Shown here: positions 35,830 to 49,258 of the stretch, piece by piece
How positions within the stretch are numbered: the stretch's first letter is position 1
Layout of the letters: each line of letters opens with the position of its first letter
Source: Eutreptiella sp. 'Long Island Sound 2002'
Taxonomy: Eukaryota > Protista > Euglenida
Length of the DNA: 64,000 bases
NCBI GenBank assembly: GCA_964036045.1
Contig: OZ038378.1
Coordinates: forward strand, 177,754,001 to 177,818,000
Direction of reading: 5' to 3'
Translations under genes and position numbers: made by a program
The notes under the pieces: generated by a model
Told to the model about the DNA's origin: nothing
The model's database searches: none
The model's input: the letters and a program-made list of their open reading frames with translations, nothing else

Positions 35830-36955
35830 TCCATGCCGAATGGCCCTCTATGGCCCTCTAATCTCACAATATGTCCACGAAACGCCCCCAAAAGGCCCCC
35901 AAAAGCCCCAAGATTTGTGCACATTGGCCGCCGACAACCCCAAACCAAAACCAGGATGGAATATTGGGACCGAGCTGGTGGGGGAAGGGACATCGTCTAG
36001 GAGACTTCAACGACAAATGAGGTACCCCTTGGAAAATGGCTGAGAGCGGCTCATAAGGGGCTCAAAATCAGCCGTGTTCATCCGTTTGGGCACCACAACT
36101 GGACTAGGATCATTTTTTGAAAACCATGGTTTTGACCCGTTTTTGAGCCATTTGTGGTCCCAAATTGGCCCATTTTCAAGGCCCCTTTCGGCCTTGAGAG
36201 GGGCCAAAATTGCTCAACATGGGCTCAATGGGCTCATTCCACTTGTTTGTGCATCCCCAATGGTCCAAAAGTATCTTTGGAAAAACACATTTTTGATCCA
36301 CTTTTGACTTATTTTTGGTCTCAAAACAACCCATTTTCAAGGCATTTTGTGACTTTGGAGTGGCCAAAATAGCTTGCAATGGGCCTAAAAAGGGCTCATT
36401 TCACTTGTTTAGGCACTCCAAATGGTCGAGGATCATTTTTGGAAAAACACGTTTTTGACCCATTTTTGACCCATTTTTTGTCCCTAGACAGCCCATTTTC
36501 AAGGCATTTTGGGATTTTCAGAGGGCCAAAACGGGCCACCACAAGCTCAAAATGCGCCAAAAACACTTCTTTTGGCATACCATGTGGTCTACGATCATTT
36601 TTGAAGAAAGTATTTTTTTTTGCACCCAGTGGACCTTGTTGACCAATTTTGGCACCCACCTCTTTGGGCTACCTCTTGCAGCTTGCCGCAGCCCACTGGG
36701 CCTAGGTACGGGGATCTAGGCGTCGGTTAGGGCAGTTTTGAGGGGTGGAAACCACCAAAAGTGGCTGGTTGCAGGTGGATTAGGTGCTCTTGGAATCACG
36801 TTTTGAGCCACGTAGCCCAAGATATGGTCCCTTTTTGGTTTGGGGCTTTCGGCGGCTAATGTGCACAAATTCTGGAGCTTTTGGGGGCCTTTTGGGGGCG
36901 GTTGGCGGACATATTGTGGAGTAAGAGGGCCCTAGAGGCCCTCTTTAGTGTGGAG
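35830..36955. mobile_element. Foldback/MITE-like element with about 110-bp TIRs and internal tandem repeats
   Basis: 35845-35955 (CACAATATGTCC...CCCCCAAAAGGCCCCCAAAAG...TTTGTGCACATT...CCCCAAACCAAAA) is the reverse complement of about 36825-36942. Confidence 0.7.
36100..36620. repeat. About 162-bp tandem repeat, about 3.3 copies
   Basis: CCCATTTTCAAGG recurs at 36169, 36330 and 36492. Confidence 0.85.
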
Positions 36956-39900
36956 ATGCCTGAGACAAAGTTAGAAAAGTAGGGGGCTAGATAGCATCAG
37001 AAGGTGGTAGACGCTAGAAATGCAATATAATACAAAGGACCCACATACTTGACAACAAAATTTCCGGTTTTTTTTATGAACTCCCTTCGAAATTGCAGCC
37101 GTGGGACTGTGGAAGGGCGGTTGCTTCTTGTTGTTGGGCCGGGGGGGGGGGTCCACTTCATTCTCATCACCATGCTTCAGAGGCTTAGTGGGTGTTGCCC
37201 AGTGGTGGTGTTGCCTGTGGTCTAGGACCCGTAACTGCTATCCTTGTCCTTGTCCTTGAAAAAACCACAACCGTTGGCCACTTCTTTGGCCTAGAACACG
37301 ATGGATGCATGAAAACCGCGGATGTTTGGGCACTCCCCCTCGTCCATGCCATACCCGAGAGCTTTCTTGATGAGGGCCCCCCCGTATGTACCCACCCATA
37401 GATGAAGCCCGCGTGGCTGTGCTTCTTGGACTTGAGCTGCAACAAGAGGGGGGGTCTTGGGACAAGCAGCACAAGTACACATGCAACGTCGTGGTCTGGA
37501 GGGGTGTGGTGGGGTGTGGTCTACATCCCCTCGTGTGTGTTACTAGTTGTGTAACCCGTAGCGTTTGTGTGTGAACCCCACCCTCCTAGTTAATGTACCC
37601 CTCGGGACATTGGGTTCTTGACATCCACCAAGCCCCAAGGGGGAGTACATTCACCGGCGGGGATTCATTAAGTAGCGGATTAGATATATGGACTTGAAAG
37701 TGCGCTGTGTGGTGGACCATCATCACGACAATGAGGTCCACGGGAGCCAAGTACTCCTACGGATTTGAGATGCACCAACATAGTGCCGCTCTCAGCGCAA
37801 AATTTGCCCAAAGGCTTAGTGACATTTGTGCTACGCTTCGCAAGGCCCTCACAAGGTCGCATTTGTAGCAATACTATGGTGGTTTCCCTCGTTGTTGGAA
37901 CACATTCCAATATCCTTTGCTCTTTTGAGGGACAACCCTTTCAGTCCACTTGTACTTGGAATACGGTACTCAACGATCGTGGTCTGTTGCAGCCACTAGT
38001 CATTAGCTTTCTTGTGTACTTAGGTTGTTTGTTCCCGGGCTATGGGTAGGTGTGTAGTTAGGCACGATTGCGGGGGGGTACCTGGACCTTGCATCTTGGA
38101 CCAGGCCCGCAGGGCGTGGTACATCGAGTGTGGGTGGTGCATTATGTGCAAGCGGATACCTTAAGTGGGGGTAGTTGGTTATCCGTCCTACTTTTCCTTC
38201 CAAAGCTTGTTACATACCGTGGGTAGGGTCCTTGTGGGAGAACAAAAGACCCTAATGGTACATGACTAGATGCGGCGTGTTACCGCACGCGTGACCGTTG
38301 CCTTGTTACACATATATCTTACTACCAAGCGGGAGAAGAACCATTGTAGGAGCTTTTGAAATGTTTAGAGGTGTACCAGAACTTGACACATCAAAGGAAT
38401 ACAAAAAAAAATGCTCAAGGGATCCCAAGCACCCAAGGCCCAGGCAAGAAACTCGAGGGAGTCACATTTTCTGAGGAAACTATTGTGGTGACTTATTGGT
38501 GATCCCTTGCCACCTCTGCTCATTTGGGGGATGCTACCACACGTGTAACCGTTGACCTCTTACCCAGATATCATGTTACCCGGCGGGAGAAAAACCATTG
38601 CCGAACCATGCCTTTGCCCATGTTGGCCCTCTTGCTCTTGGTGTGTGTTTGGGCATCCAGGCTAAGACAATATATGGGGAGGGATACAAGGGATGGGCCA
38701 ACACCTACCTTTGCAAAGGACGGCAATAGACAAGAAGTAATAGGGAATATGGCTAAGCGGGGTTCCCATAGGACATCCGAAGCTGTGTTTTTGCATGCCC
38801 TATGATACCTATGCACAGGGCAGCCCTAATCCTCTCCGTTTCACCTAATTGATAGGGTTTTAGTGTTGTGTGGTATTGCCCTGTGCCATGGTGGGTTGTA
38901 TTGTAGTGTCCACATGTAAGACATGCATGCTAAAAGCCAAAATTGTCAAGAAGGTAGGAATCTGATGCATATGAGATGAAAATTGAGGCATGCAGGAGGT
39001 AGGTAGGTCGAAATTTGAGGTGGTTGCAAAGACTGTTGTAGTTGTCTCCCACTTGATTCTGACTTGGATTGGGGTTCTGACTCCAATTCTAATGGTGATT
39101 CTAGATCGGACCCTCTTTTGGTTCTGTGGAGAGTGATGCAAATCCTGTTGACAATGAGCAATGTGCAATGGCACATGTCTTCACTGGCAAGTTACGTTTT
39201 ACACATGGCATGGATGACAAGGCAGTTCCCAAGCACAAGCATGCACCCGAGCCCTCCCCTATGCCGTCACCCAAGCCCAGAGGCAAAGCAGCACCCAAGC
39301 CTGGCCAACGTTGGTTACACATATGAAGCAACACGCCGGAATTTTTGTCTGCATTGTAGGCAAGCCTATATTGCACAACTTTGTTGGGCACGCAGACACA
39401 CAAGTTGGGGCAAATCCATGCAAATGCCGCATGGCGCCACAGACACTTTTTGCATGGGTTTGGTCCTTGAGAACAGCATTACTCCAACACATCAAGTGCA
39501 TATGGTTGGTTTGAAGTGTGCAGCGCAAGCTAGCCTACAAGTGTTTTTCTCACCTCATCCCTCCACCCATCCATGTTGGGTGATTTCGGGGCGCGGGGGA
39601 GGGGGGGGGGCTATTCCATCCACGAAACGAGGTTTCAACTTCTGGGCCAAATTGCTCAAAATTATTGTCACCACGGGGGGGGGGGGGTATGTGAGACCTT
39701 TTTGAAATCTCCAAGAAAAGGGCTATTCGGAGAGGTATGGGTCATAGGGGTCACAAGGCTATCTTTTGAGTACTAGAGGCGAACTTTTGAACTCTTCAAT
39801 GTTTTGGCCTGCTGCCAGCCAGGCTGCATAGGGTGAGTCTCAACCTTGCCTATTCCTCTAACATCATTCAGTTGGAGGTCACGTCATTGAGGGTGGATTT

Positions 39901-39958
39901 GTTGCATTTGATGTGTAGAAGCCACGTGCAAAGTGGCTCCCCTTAACTCAACAATATA

Positions 39959-40540
39959 CCCCCCACCCCGCCCCGCCTTGCGCAAGCACTGGCTTGGGCA
40001 AGCACGGGACCCCATCTGACTGTTGTTTTCCTGGTTTTTTCTGACCGTGGTATTTGTGGTCAGAAAACGTAACATGACGCGGTTGTGCTCCAATGGTAGA
40101 GGGAAAACGGGGCTGGATCATGCTTGTGGTAGTTCCTCCTGTTGTTGTTGTTGAGGACAGCTTTGTCCCAAGGAATAAGAAGCTCTAACCCATTCCAAAA
40201 CCTGCAGCCAAGCCTGTTCCAAAGCCTGCCGCAAAGGGCAAGCATGTACAATTGTTTAAGATGAGGCGCAAGGTTGGAAAGGGCTTCTATTCCACAGCTC
40301 CTGATGCCCCTGATGTGCACTGAGGATGTCCAGAACATGCTGAAATTCGCCTGCACATTGTGTTCTGGTGCCCTGTTGCGACAATTGTGGTTCGGGTGAG
40401 GTATGGACAGGTGTTCGCCATATGCAATCTTTATCTGCACTGTGTCGCGCGCAAGCACGGGCTTGTCTAAGCACGGGACCCCGTCTGACGGTCTCTTTCC
40501 TGATTTTCAGCATGCTTGCGCACGGGGGGGGGGGGGGGGA
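39959..40540. mobile_element. Non-autonomous DNA transposon (TA-flanked, poly(C)-TGCGCAAGCA TIR), copy 1
   Basis: Starts TA|CCCCCC...CTTGCGCAAGCA and ends TGCTTGCGCAC-G16-A|TA. Homologous to 56365-57103. Confidence 0.75.
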
Positions 40541-40863
40541 TACACATGCCCATGCATATGCACAGTCCCGTGCACATGCACATGCACAGGCATGGTGGTA
40601 CCATGTCATGAAGCAATGGAAGGGCTGAATGGGGATAGGGTGTGGTCAAATCATCCATCAGTCCAGGGAAATACTCCCAAGAGGCGGTATGCACGCAGAT
40701 GCCCCCCACGAGTGTGCACAAACGTAGCAGCTGGAGGCACAATGAGCTCCACTCCAGCCGATGGGAGAAAGCACGGCAAAGGGCGAGCTGCCTGTTCGAA
40801 AGGGGAGCGCCTGGCGAGGCATGGGGGGCCCGGGCCAAAACAGTGCATGTCTTGTATTGGCAG

Positions 40864-43800
40864 TGGTTTCCATGACAGACATCGGAGGGTACGTCAGCGA
40901 GGGCAACACTGATGAGGTCCAGAGCGATTGCCCTGGAACGGGTGATGCCACCTCCGACCCGAACGCGAAGGAGGCCATGCGCTCAATGCTTGCCCCTTTG
41001 CTCCCCACGAGGGGGTTGCCCCCGCCCATGGACCCCGTGCTGCCCCGCAAGCGCAGCGTGGACAGCAAGGGCATCACTGGGGCGATGGGTCTGGCCGGGT
41101 CCCGCAGCAACTTAAGGGGTGCTGTCGGGATGGCTGTGGGTCCTGGATGCGGCATGATCGGCACGCCCCTGACCAGTCCGGGTGTGAGCCCCCGGCCTCA
41201 TCTGGTAAGCCCAAATGCCTCAGGCCCGCCTTCAGGGTTTGGGAGTCGCCACTCCACAGCTCCGCAAACACCGACTTCCATGTCGAAGAGCAGCAGCATG
41301 TCATCTTTTCAGGGGTTCAGGCGTTCTTCACTTCTTCAGCCAAGGGGGTCCTTCCAAGGTTGGTGCCCTCACCTCTATTTCAGTGTTTATCTGCGCTCTT
41401 GCCCCTGTCGCCGGTCCTGACCCTCCGTTACTTGCCCCGTATTGCAGGACCCAACACCGCGCGTTTTTTGGCCTCCACTGCGGATGACCAATGGACTGTC
41501 CATTTGTGAAACATTGTTTGGCCAATTCGGGGAGGCTGCCTCAATGAGGGAGAGGGGGAGGGGGGGGGGGCGCTCGGTACTTGGTACTTGCGTTGGAGAA
41601 ACCTGGACAGCAGAGCCCAAAGACAGCGGGTGGGAGCAGGCAGTTGCAATCACAAGCAGGTAGCAGCAAAGGCAGGAGCAGGCAGCAGCAAGCATCCATT
41701 ACAGAATGTCACAGCCGGCATCCCACGGTTGCTGCCCTGACAACGAAACAGCCGAAATTTGCGGCATGGCATGCCCCAGCTTCTTTTTCACAAGCTGGTG
41801 GAGCAACCCTCAGAGGGTGTGGACCTGGTTGCTTGTTGGCAGCAACACCATCTCATCCTACAATGAGCTGTGTGATAACCTAATTATGACACCGAAAGCA
41901 ATCACCACCCAAGCATGTAGGTGATGGTACTCAATCCAGCAGTCTACGAGTAGAGGGACCAAGCATGTACATACCCTCACAAGGTTCAACGTTGCAGCAT
42001 TGCATCTCATCAAATGATTTTTACACTTAATGCCAAATGTCATTAAGTTTTGCCACAGGTTCTTGACCATGTGCATGGGTATCATAAGATGTTGATTCTC
42101 CTATTGTTTTCCATGTAATATTCCACTCCGCTTTTGGCAATTCCAGTCGCAAGCCCTCCATGCCTTGGCATCAACACCGCCACAAACTATGTTGGCCGCT
42201 GGTTACCTTTAAGCGCTGCCCAAAAGGAGCAAAACTCTTAGATTTATGCAGTGCAATGTGGGAACAAGGTAGCGTGACAAAGGGATACCAAGCTGGTCGG
42301 TGTTACTCAATGCTGGGGTATCTACTGTGCAAAATGGGAATTAGCGGGGGTCTTGGCATTATGTCTTGGTTGTAGTCCACTGTCATTGACAAAACTATGA
42401 AATTGGCCAGGGCTACCGAGCCGAGGAAGAGGCATTGATGTCATACAAGCAAATCATCCATGTACTCACAATATCACCCCCCGCCACCATCAACTCTACT
42501 TGCTAGCTGAGCAAAGTGACCGCCAGTTTCAAAAAGCATACAATGCAACGTTCTTAGTGTACTCCTGCAACTCCGTGAAATGTTCATGGCTGCAATGTGC
42601 TTGACCTTTGCTTTAGCCTCAACAGAGAAATGAATGATGGGGATCTTTGGGGGCCATCTTCCAGAATTTACCGTCTTGTATTGTTCACATGATGGAGGGT
42701 TGTTGAGCGATTTTGCCCACTTTATGCGTATGTTCTAGGCTATCAATCTATTGGGCAGCCACACACACACACACGGCTTGGATGGCAATTAAGCCGAATG
42801 GCACCAGTCTCAAATGGGTGGATGCACGGTCGAACCGACATTGGTGAAATTTGCACGAAGGCGTTAAAAGGAACTGGAGCAAATTGTAAAGCTGGGTGTT
42901 CTCACTGAAACATCCGGTTGAGGCATTTGATCCTTTGCAAAGGCTCGTGCACAGTAGCCCGCCCTTTTTGTTGCTGTCAGTTGGTGGTTCTTCGCTCGCA
43001 CAGCGGGCCTTTTTTGCTATTGTCATTTGGTGGTTCTCAGCCCTGGGGCCCCACAAAGGGCAAGAGTGACTGAAAACGCAACCAATTTCTGGCCAACTAG
43101 ATTATAAAATTCTGTTCGATTCAAATCATTAGTAATACAAATTACGGAAGTCTCGACATCCCACGCAGCATCCAATTGGTTGAGCAGGCGCTTTCTCCCC
43201 AAAAGTCAGGCAAATTATGCATGCCCCTGCAAGGTCACAAATTCTACTCACCTTGGTTGTTGTTGCCCAAGCCCTCATCTTTGGTCAAAGAGGTGATGTG
43301 CATTGTTCGTACCTTAGTTCACGGTAGGAGCAATAGGAGCGGTAGAGGGTTGGGCCCTCCCGGGGCGAGGGGTCTGGAGTCTCGTAGGGGGACCCTCGGT
43401 CCCTCCCCCCCCCCCCTCGCCCCCACTGCGCCACAGGCGGCGTCTCGCGCTGCCACTGCGGCCTCTGCCCCCCCTCTGATATCCATAGGCTGGGGCGGGG
43501 GCACCGGCCAAGCGCATCGGCCATAGGGCGCCTCCCCCCCCCGCCCCCCCACCCCTGCATCTGCGCAGGCATGCTTCTACACTACAAGATTTGTTGGGGC
43601 AGGGAGGCTGGCAGGTTGTTCTGGACAACATGGCAGATACCTTACTGGCAGGCTCAGACATGTTGTCAGACTGACTCTTCTTGACAGGACGCAACACTGG
43701 GATGGCCAGCGCCATGGGTCTGCAAGCGCATGCAGCGAGGCTTGCAGCAGTACAGCCTGCAGGCCAATGGGCGTCGGAGTCGTTTCCCAATACGCCCCCT

Positions 43801-44091
43801 AATGCCGCCACTGCCATGGGTCTTGCGTCCCCAGAGCCCACCAGTATCACCAAACTTGCGGCAACATCCACCCCGGTACAACCAACCAGTGCACTCGCAG
43901 AGCTATACCCGGAACCGCCAGAGATGGACCTCGAGAGCGCTCGGTTGCTGAGGCAGTCCGTGCCGGGTCACTCCGTGTCCAAAGGCTTTTTGCAGGTCGT
44001 GCTGGCGATACTCGGATTCAAGAGCTGCTGCGACGTTGCACTGGAGGATGATGTTGCCAAGGATCTGCATGCCAGAGGGTACTATGAATAG
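40864..44091 (+). CDS. Hypothetical Ser/Pro-rich protein, last two exons (upstream exons not identified)
   Basis: Exons 40864-41358 (GCAG| ... CAAG|GT) and 43688-44091 (ACAG|, TAG stop) join in phase 1 to give ...RGSFQ-G-RNTGMASAMG... Confidence 0.6.
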
Positions 44092-45484
44092 CGCTCGCAT
44101 CATTTACCGCGCAGCAAGGGGCTGATGCCTCCGAATATATTTATACTCGGGGGATTTTGGTAGGTCCGTACGGCACTGCACCTGTGGAGGGCACTGCCGT
44201 GGTAGACAGCACTGGGCCGGCGGAGGGCAGTGCACTTGCCGAAGGAATTGCACCTGCAGGCAGTACTGTAACAGGCCAGTGTGGCAGGCTGCATTGTGCT
44301 GTGCAGTGGCATTCGTGTTGTTGCACAGTGGCCACCGCTGACCCTACCAACTGATGCCCGATAACCCATTTCATCCATTGTAACATCGGGGGCGCACCAT
44401 GTGGTGGGCCCGCGCTGTGCGAAAAGGAGGCTATTTTGATCCCCTTTTCCCCATAGGTGACCGCAGTAACTACTGTGTTCCGAGACACAGGACTGCTCAG
44501 ATTCTTACTCAGTCCAAAAAGTCAGCTGATGTATTTCCCACTAAAAATGCCAGATTGCTGTGTAAATCAGCTGTTTTTGCCCTGTGGATGTAGCTCCTGG
44601 TGGTGGGTGGTTTTCAAGGTTGTCTCAGGAACGCTAATTTACGATTGGGCACTGTGCGCACGCTATACAGAAACGCCCCCATTGCTCTGCGCCGTGAAAA
44701 TGTGTGGGTCTGTGCAGTCGTGTGGGGGACTTGTCCATAAGATGCACACCGTGCGCCCTGTTGGGGTCAGAGGCCTGTGTTGACCGCCGGTGTCCATCCG
44801 CAGCCACCAAACAATGGGCGCACGCCATTGTCCGAATGTCAACGCCGTCGGGTACTAGTCAGCTGGGTAGCCTCACCCACAGAAGCAACGTGTGCCAACA
44901 CATACAACAAGTGCCTCACAAAATCTTCACACATCCCAGCGACTTCCCCGGCACGCAGACAACAGAGACCAAGTCACCACAACCGCCCTCACCGGCTCCT
45001 GTTGCACAGGAAATGTCGGATGAGGAGGCAGTGGGAGGATCAGACTAGCCGAGCCCTTTTTACCACGGGCCATGGGGATTGTTCGAGTTCGAGCTCTAAT
45101 TCTAGTTCTAGTTCAAGTTCAAGTTCAAGTTCTACTTCTGAACCGCAGCCCAAACCACAACCCCAGCCTACACCTGCGAAACCCAAGCCCAAACCCAAGC
45201 CCAAACCCAGGGTTAAAGTCGGGATAGTTAATACAAAAGTAGGGCGCGCTGGGCAAATTTTCTCCCTTACGCCAGCAAAACAGCTGCAATGCAAACAAAC
45301 AAGTCAGTTGGTGGTAGGATCACGCAAACGGGCACACACGACACCACGCTCCCACACAACAACACAGGGTGTTCACAGTCTTTGCACATATGCCTCCAGC
45401 CCCCCAAAACGACAGATACCCATCGGTCCTTTGCCCCCATCGCCCGTAGTCCCCCTCCCCCAGGGAGCACTGATGGATGATGCA

Positions 45485-45558
45485 CAGTACATTTTGTGAG
45501 TTCTCTGCTTTCAGAGACGTGCAGTACATTTTGTGAGTTCTCTGCTTTCAGAGACGTG
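45485..45558. repeat. Perfect 37-bp tandem duplication
   Basis: CAGTACATTTTGTGAGTTCTCTGCTTTCAGAGACGTG x2. Confidence 0.9.
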
Positions 45559-48500
45559 GAACAGTATCCACAGAAGTCACCTACACACACAGCCCTGCCC
45601 CGGTGCTGGGTTAACTGTGCCCTCTGCATCCACAGCCACACATAGGTCTCCCTCGTTAATAGCACATACACACACACACACACACATGCACACACGCGCA
45701 CACACACCACATGTTTTAAGTGCGCGGAGCAATTTTCGTTTCCGAAACATGATGGGTAGCAATGTTTTCCTTCTGCTGTTCACTGGGAGACAGTATGCAG
45801 GCCTTGTCTCTTCCTTTTTTGTTTTCATGCCCACATAGAGTTGCTGCACAAGCAGAATTGGAGCTCATTTTGTAAGCCGCAATGCTGGGGATCTCGCCCA
45901 CAGCAAATTCCAGGACATTTCCGGAGCTGCATTCTCGGCCAGGGCAGAGAGCGCTTTGGGAGGTGGGCCAGGCAGAAGGCTGCGACCTTCGATGGTGGGC
46001 GGGTCGTGCCAAAATGCGATGCAGTCCACCAACAATATTCTTGGACGATAAAGGTTGTCCTCTGCAATCGGCAGGCGAACTGTTGGTTGGTGAGTGCTGT
46101 TAGCTTCCACACTTCCTTGCTACTGCTGTTGGGAGATGTCCTCCAGATCAGATTGGATTTTGCATTTGAGAGATCACACATACGCACACACACACACACA
46201 CACACACACCCTGCTGACCCATGCTAGCGTTCCCCCCTATATGGGCAAACCAGCGCCCCGGACCTTGACAGTAGGCTGCCCTCCTTAATGTTGCCCCCCC
46301 AGCCCCCCACCCCGACACATGCACACGCACACGCGCACATCTGCAGCCATCGGGTTTCACCTTTGGCTTAGTCAAAGAGCACATGCCAGTCTGGTGTGCG
46401 ACACTGAGTTCTGACGGCCCTATTCGTTGGCACAAGTGCGCCCCGGGGGTACACATTTGGGGCAGGGAGCACATCACTAGCCCCAGAATAACGCTGTAAC
46501 GCTCCTACAACGTCATTAGCATTCATTAGGGTCCCGACGCTGGGAAGCTGTCATTTCTTTGCCTACGGGACGAAGACACACACGAGACTCAGGACCGTCA
46601 GCCATTTTCTTCATTTTTCCTCAAACCCGGCTGACGCCTGGCCAGCGGTTAGGAATCAATGGCCAGCGGTTACCAGCCAGTCCTAGTGGATCGCAGTATT
46701 TTGCCCACTGTCCAATTTGTGCATTGTGCTTTGCTAATGCACGGACGGTCACAGATTTTTTTTTTGTGGTTGAAAGCAGCCCAGAGTTCACCCCAAGACA
46801 ACCCGATTAGAGCCGTCTGTTTGTACGGTGGTTTCGAAAGCGTTCCTTCCATTCCATTTGTTTCCATGGTTTCCCCCGCCACGTCTTTATTGTGGCAGAT
46901 TGTCCTGCACTGTTCTATGCCTGCTGACCGGCTGAGGGCGCCTGCGCACTGTGCGCCCGCGACTGATGCGGTACTGTGCCGTACAGTGTGTTTCTTGAGA
47001 GTGCTCCGATGAAACTGAGGAAACAAGAAGACCCGCAGCAGTTACTCTCCTGGTTTGGCCCACTGCGCCGTGGGAAGCTCTGCAGGACATCCAGCACTGC
47101 CAGGGCCGCTGGTGTAACAGCATTCCCTGTGCAGCACGCACACACTCAATCAAGGCGACCACTTGCCAAGCCTCCTTCTGCATCTCACAGACCCCATGCC
47201 ACAAGGCACTCTCTAGCAGGGCGATCAGACAAGAAACAGAGTGCTATCCGCAATAAACATGGATGTGCACCGCGCACCAATGGTGCCATGAGGCATTGTG
47301 CACGAAACCACACCTCTGAACGGGTTTGGGCCTGTGGTACTTACTGCGCAGTTGCTGTGGTACGATTATTTAGCGTTGCAGGTGCAGCGTGACAAGACTG
47401 GGATTACCCACCCTACGTCTGAACAACCCTGATTGGCCATTTCTGCCTCGTCGCTTGCAATGATGCGTTGCCTGCCCCATTTTGTGGAAGGCGTTGGGGT
47501 CTGTATAGTTTGTTTCGGGGACGCCACAAGACACGTGACACCAGGTTGGCGCTGGCTGACGGTTACGTCACCGGTTGGCATATGAAGTGCAAGTTGTACC
47601 ACTTTGATGTTCATTCATTCATTCTGTGGCGGCCACCCCCGCCTCGGCAAGTTCGCGTGTGCTGTCCAGGCAAAGCTTGCAAAAGAGGGTGTAACCCTGA
47701 CATAGGAGGTTGAGTTGGTGGTCAGATTTGTGTTTCTCTTCTGGGGCACCAGCTCAGCTCTGAGCCAAAACGCTTCATACCGTTTTGATGTGCCAATCGT
47801 ATGGGACGAGGTTTTCTTTTTCCGTCCAAAGGCCTGGTACAAACGCTTCGAGGTGGAGCCATTGGACAAATGTTCATGGAAGCGGGACCCCTGCCTAGCC
47901 CTGCACATCTTGATCCAGTACAGTCAACTCAGGATGGTGAGCGAGGACAAAGGCGACGGAGCCCGGTCCAAGAACCAGCAAGCTGGGCCTTCAGAACTGT
48001 GCCGATCAACAACGCCCGCTCATCACCGCTTGCTTACCACAGAACCAAACCATTCAGAGCGTTTTTCTGAAGAAGGCCGTAAGAAGACCCTCTCCATTTT
48101 GGGTCATGCCCCTTATGCGGTTCCTCAACGGGGGCATCGCCTTTGAGTACAGCCAGCGATTATACGTCATCCGCAGTTGCCGTGCAGATCCTCTTAGGCC
48201 TCTGGTTCATGTGATGCTTCTGTCCACATGGCACCCCAGAACACCCACTAGCGGTAATGCTTGTACTGTGGAATGCCAGCATTAGGATCTTCCCACCATT
48301 CGTCATGCATTTTGGGAAATGCTCAAATTGGAATGCAAAATAAGTGCACGCGATTTTGGTATGGATGCTTTTTCCGACGTTCCCGGTGCTGGAGGTTGAA
48401 CCACACGTCATTGGACACCTCCAACCGCACAGTTGCACCCATGCCTGGTTAGGGATCATTTACACATCTTTGCCTCTGCATAAACGCAGTTGTGCTCAGG

Positions 48501-49258
48501 CACATGGGGCGCATTTTTCGCGAGCTTTGTTGCCTTACTGCTCTGTGAGTGTGCTCGCCACATGCCGGAACAGACAAGGATGTGATGTAAATTTCTTTTC
48601 TCAGCATGGAGTGCAGCGCAGTGTTTTCCCTGGTGCTCCCCCACCTTCTCAGCTGGTGCTGGGGCCCCCTCTGTCTATGCAACGAATCAGAAGTTAGTGG
48701 GGGCGTAAGTTGATGTATGATCCCGAGTTTTATTTTTGTTGTGTTGTGCCCCAATGCATCTGAATATTCCCAAATGAATATGAATATCTGAGGTGGAGGT
48801 TGGCCAGAATGTTATTTTATAAAGCCGAGCACATCATGGCAGTAATGGCTTCGGCAACTGAAATCTGCTGGTCAGTTCGTTTTCCAATTCCATGGTATCA
48901 TATCGCCAAAGTGCAGTTCATCCTGCAGATGCTCCACCCCCAGGTGGCAGCTTTTGTTGCCCAGTGACATCGAGCACACAGGTCTACGTTGTTGTTGGTT
49001 TTTTTGAACAGTTGCAGCAGTCCGCACTTCCCATCCAAGTTGCCCCCGGTCACACAACTACATCATCTGTGTTGCCCAAAAGTGGCCAGAAACAATGAAA
49101 TCACCTCGAAGAGGGTTGTTAGATCAAGCGCAGGTGCGTACGCCATATACCCCCCCTTTTTGGGGATCATTCGCGTACGATACCCCAAGGTATGGTACCA
49201 GATGTCCAACCCCTTGTAAAATCATTTTAGGAGAGAAAATGATTCCCCAGTGAAAATT

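Noticed and set aside
47749-48545. Possible exons (47749-47936 with ATG|GTGAGC, 48490-48545 with |GTGAGT)
   Set aside because: No recognisable product, start or stop could be assembled.
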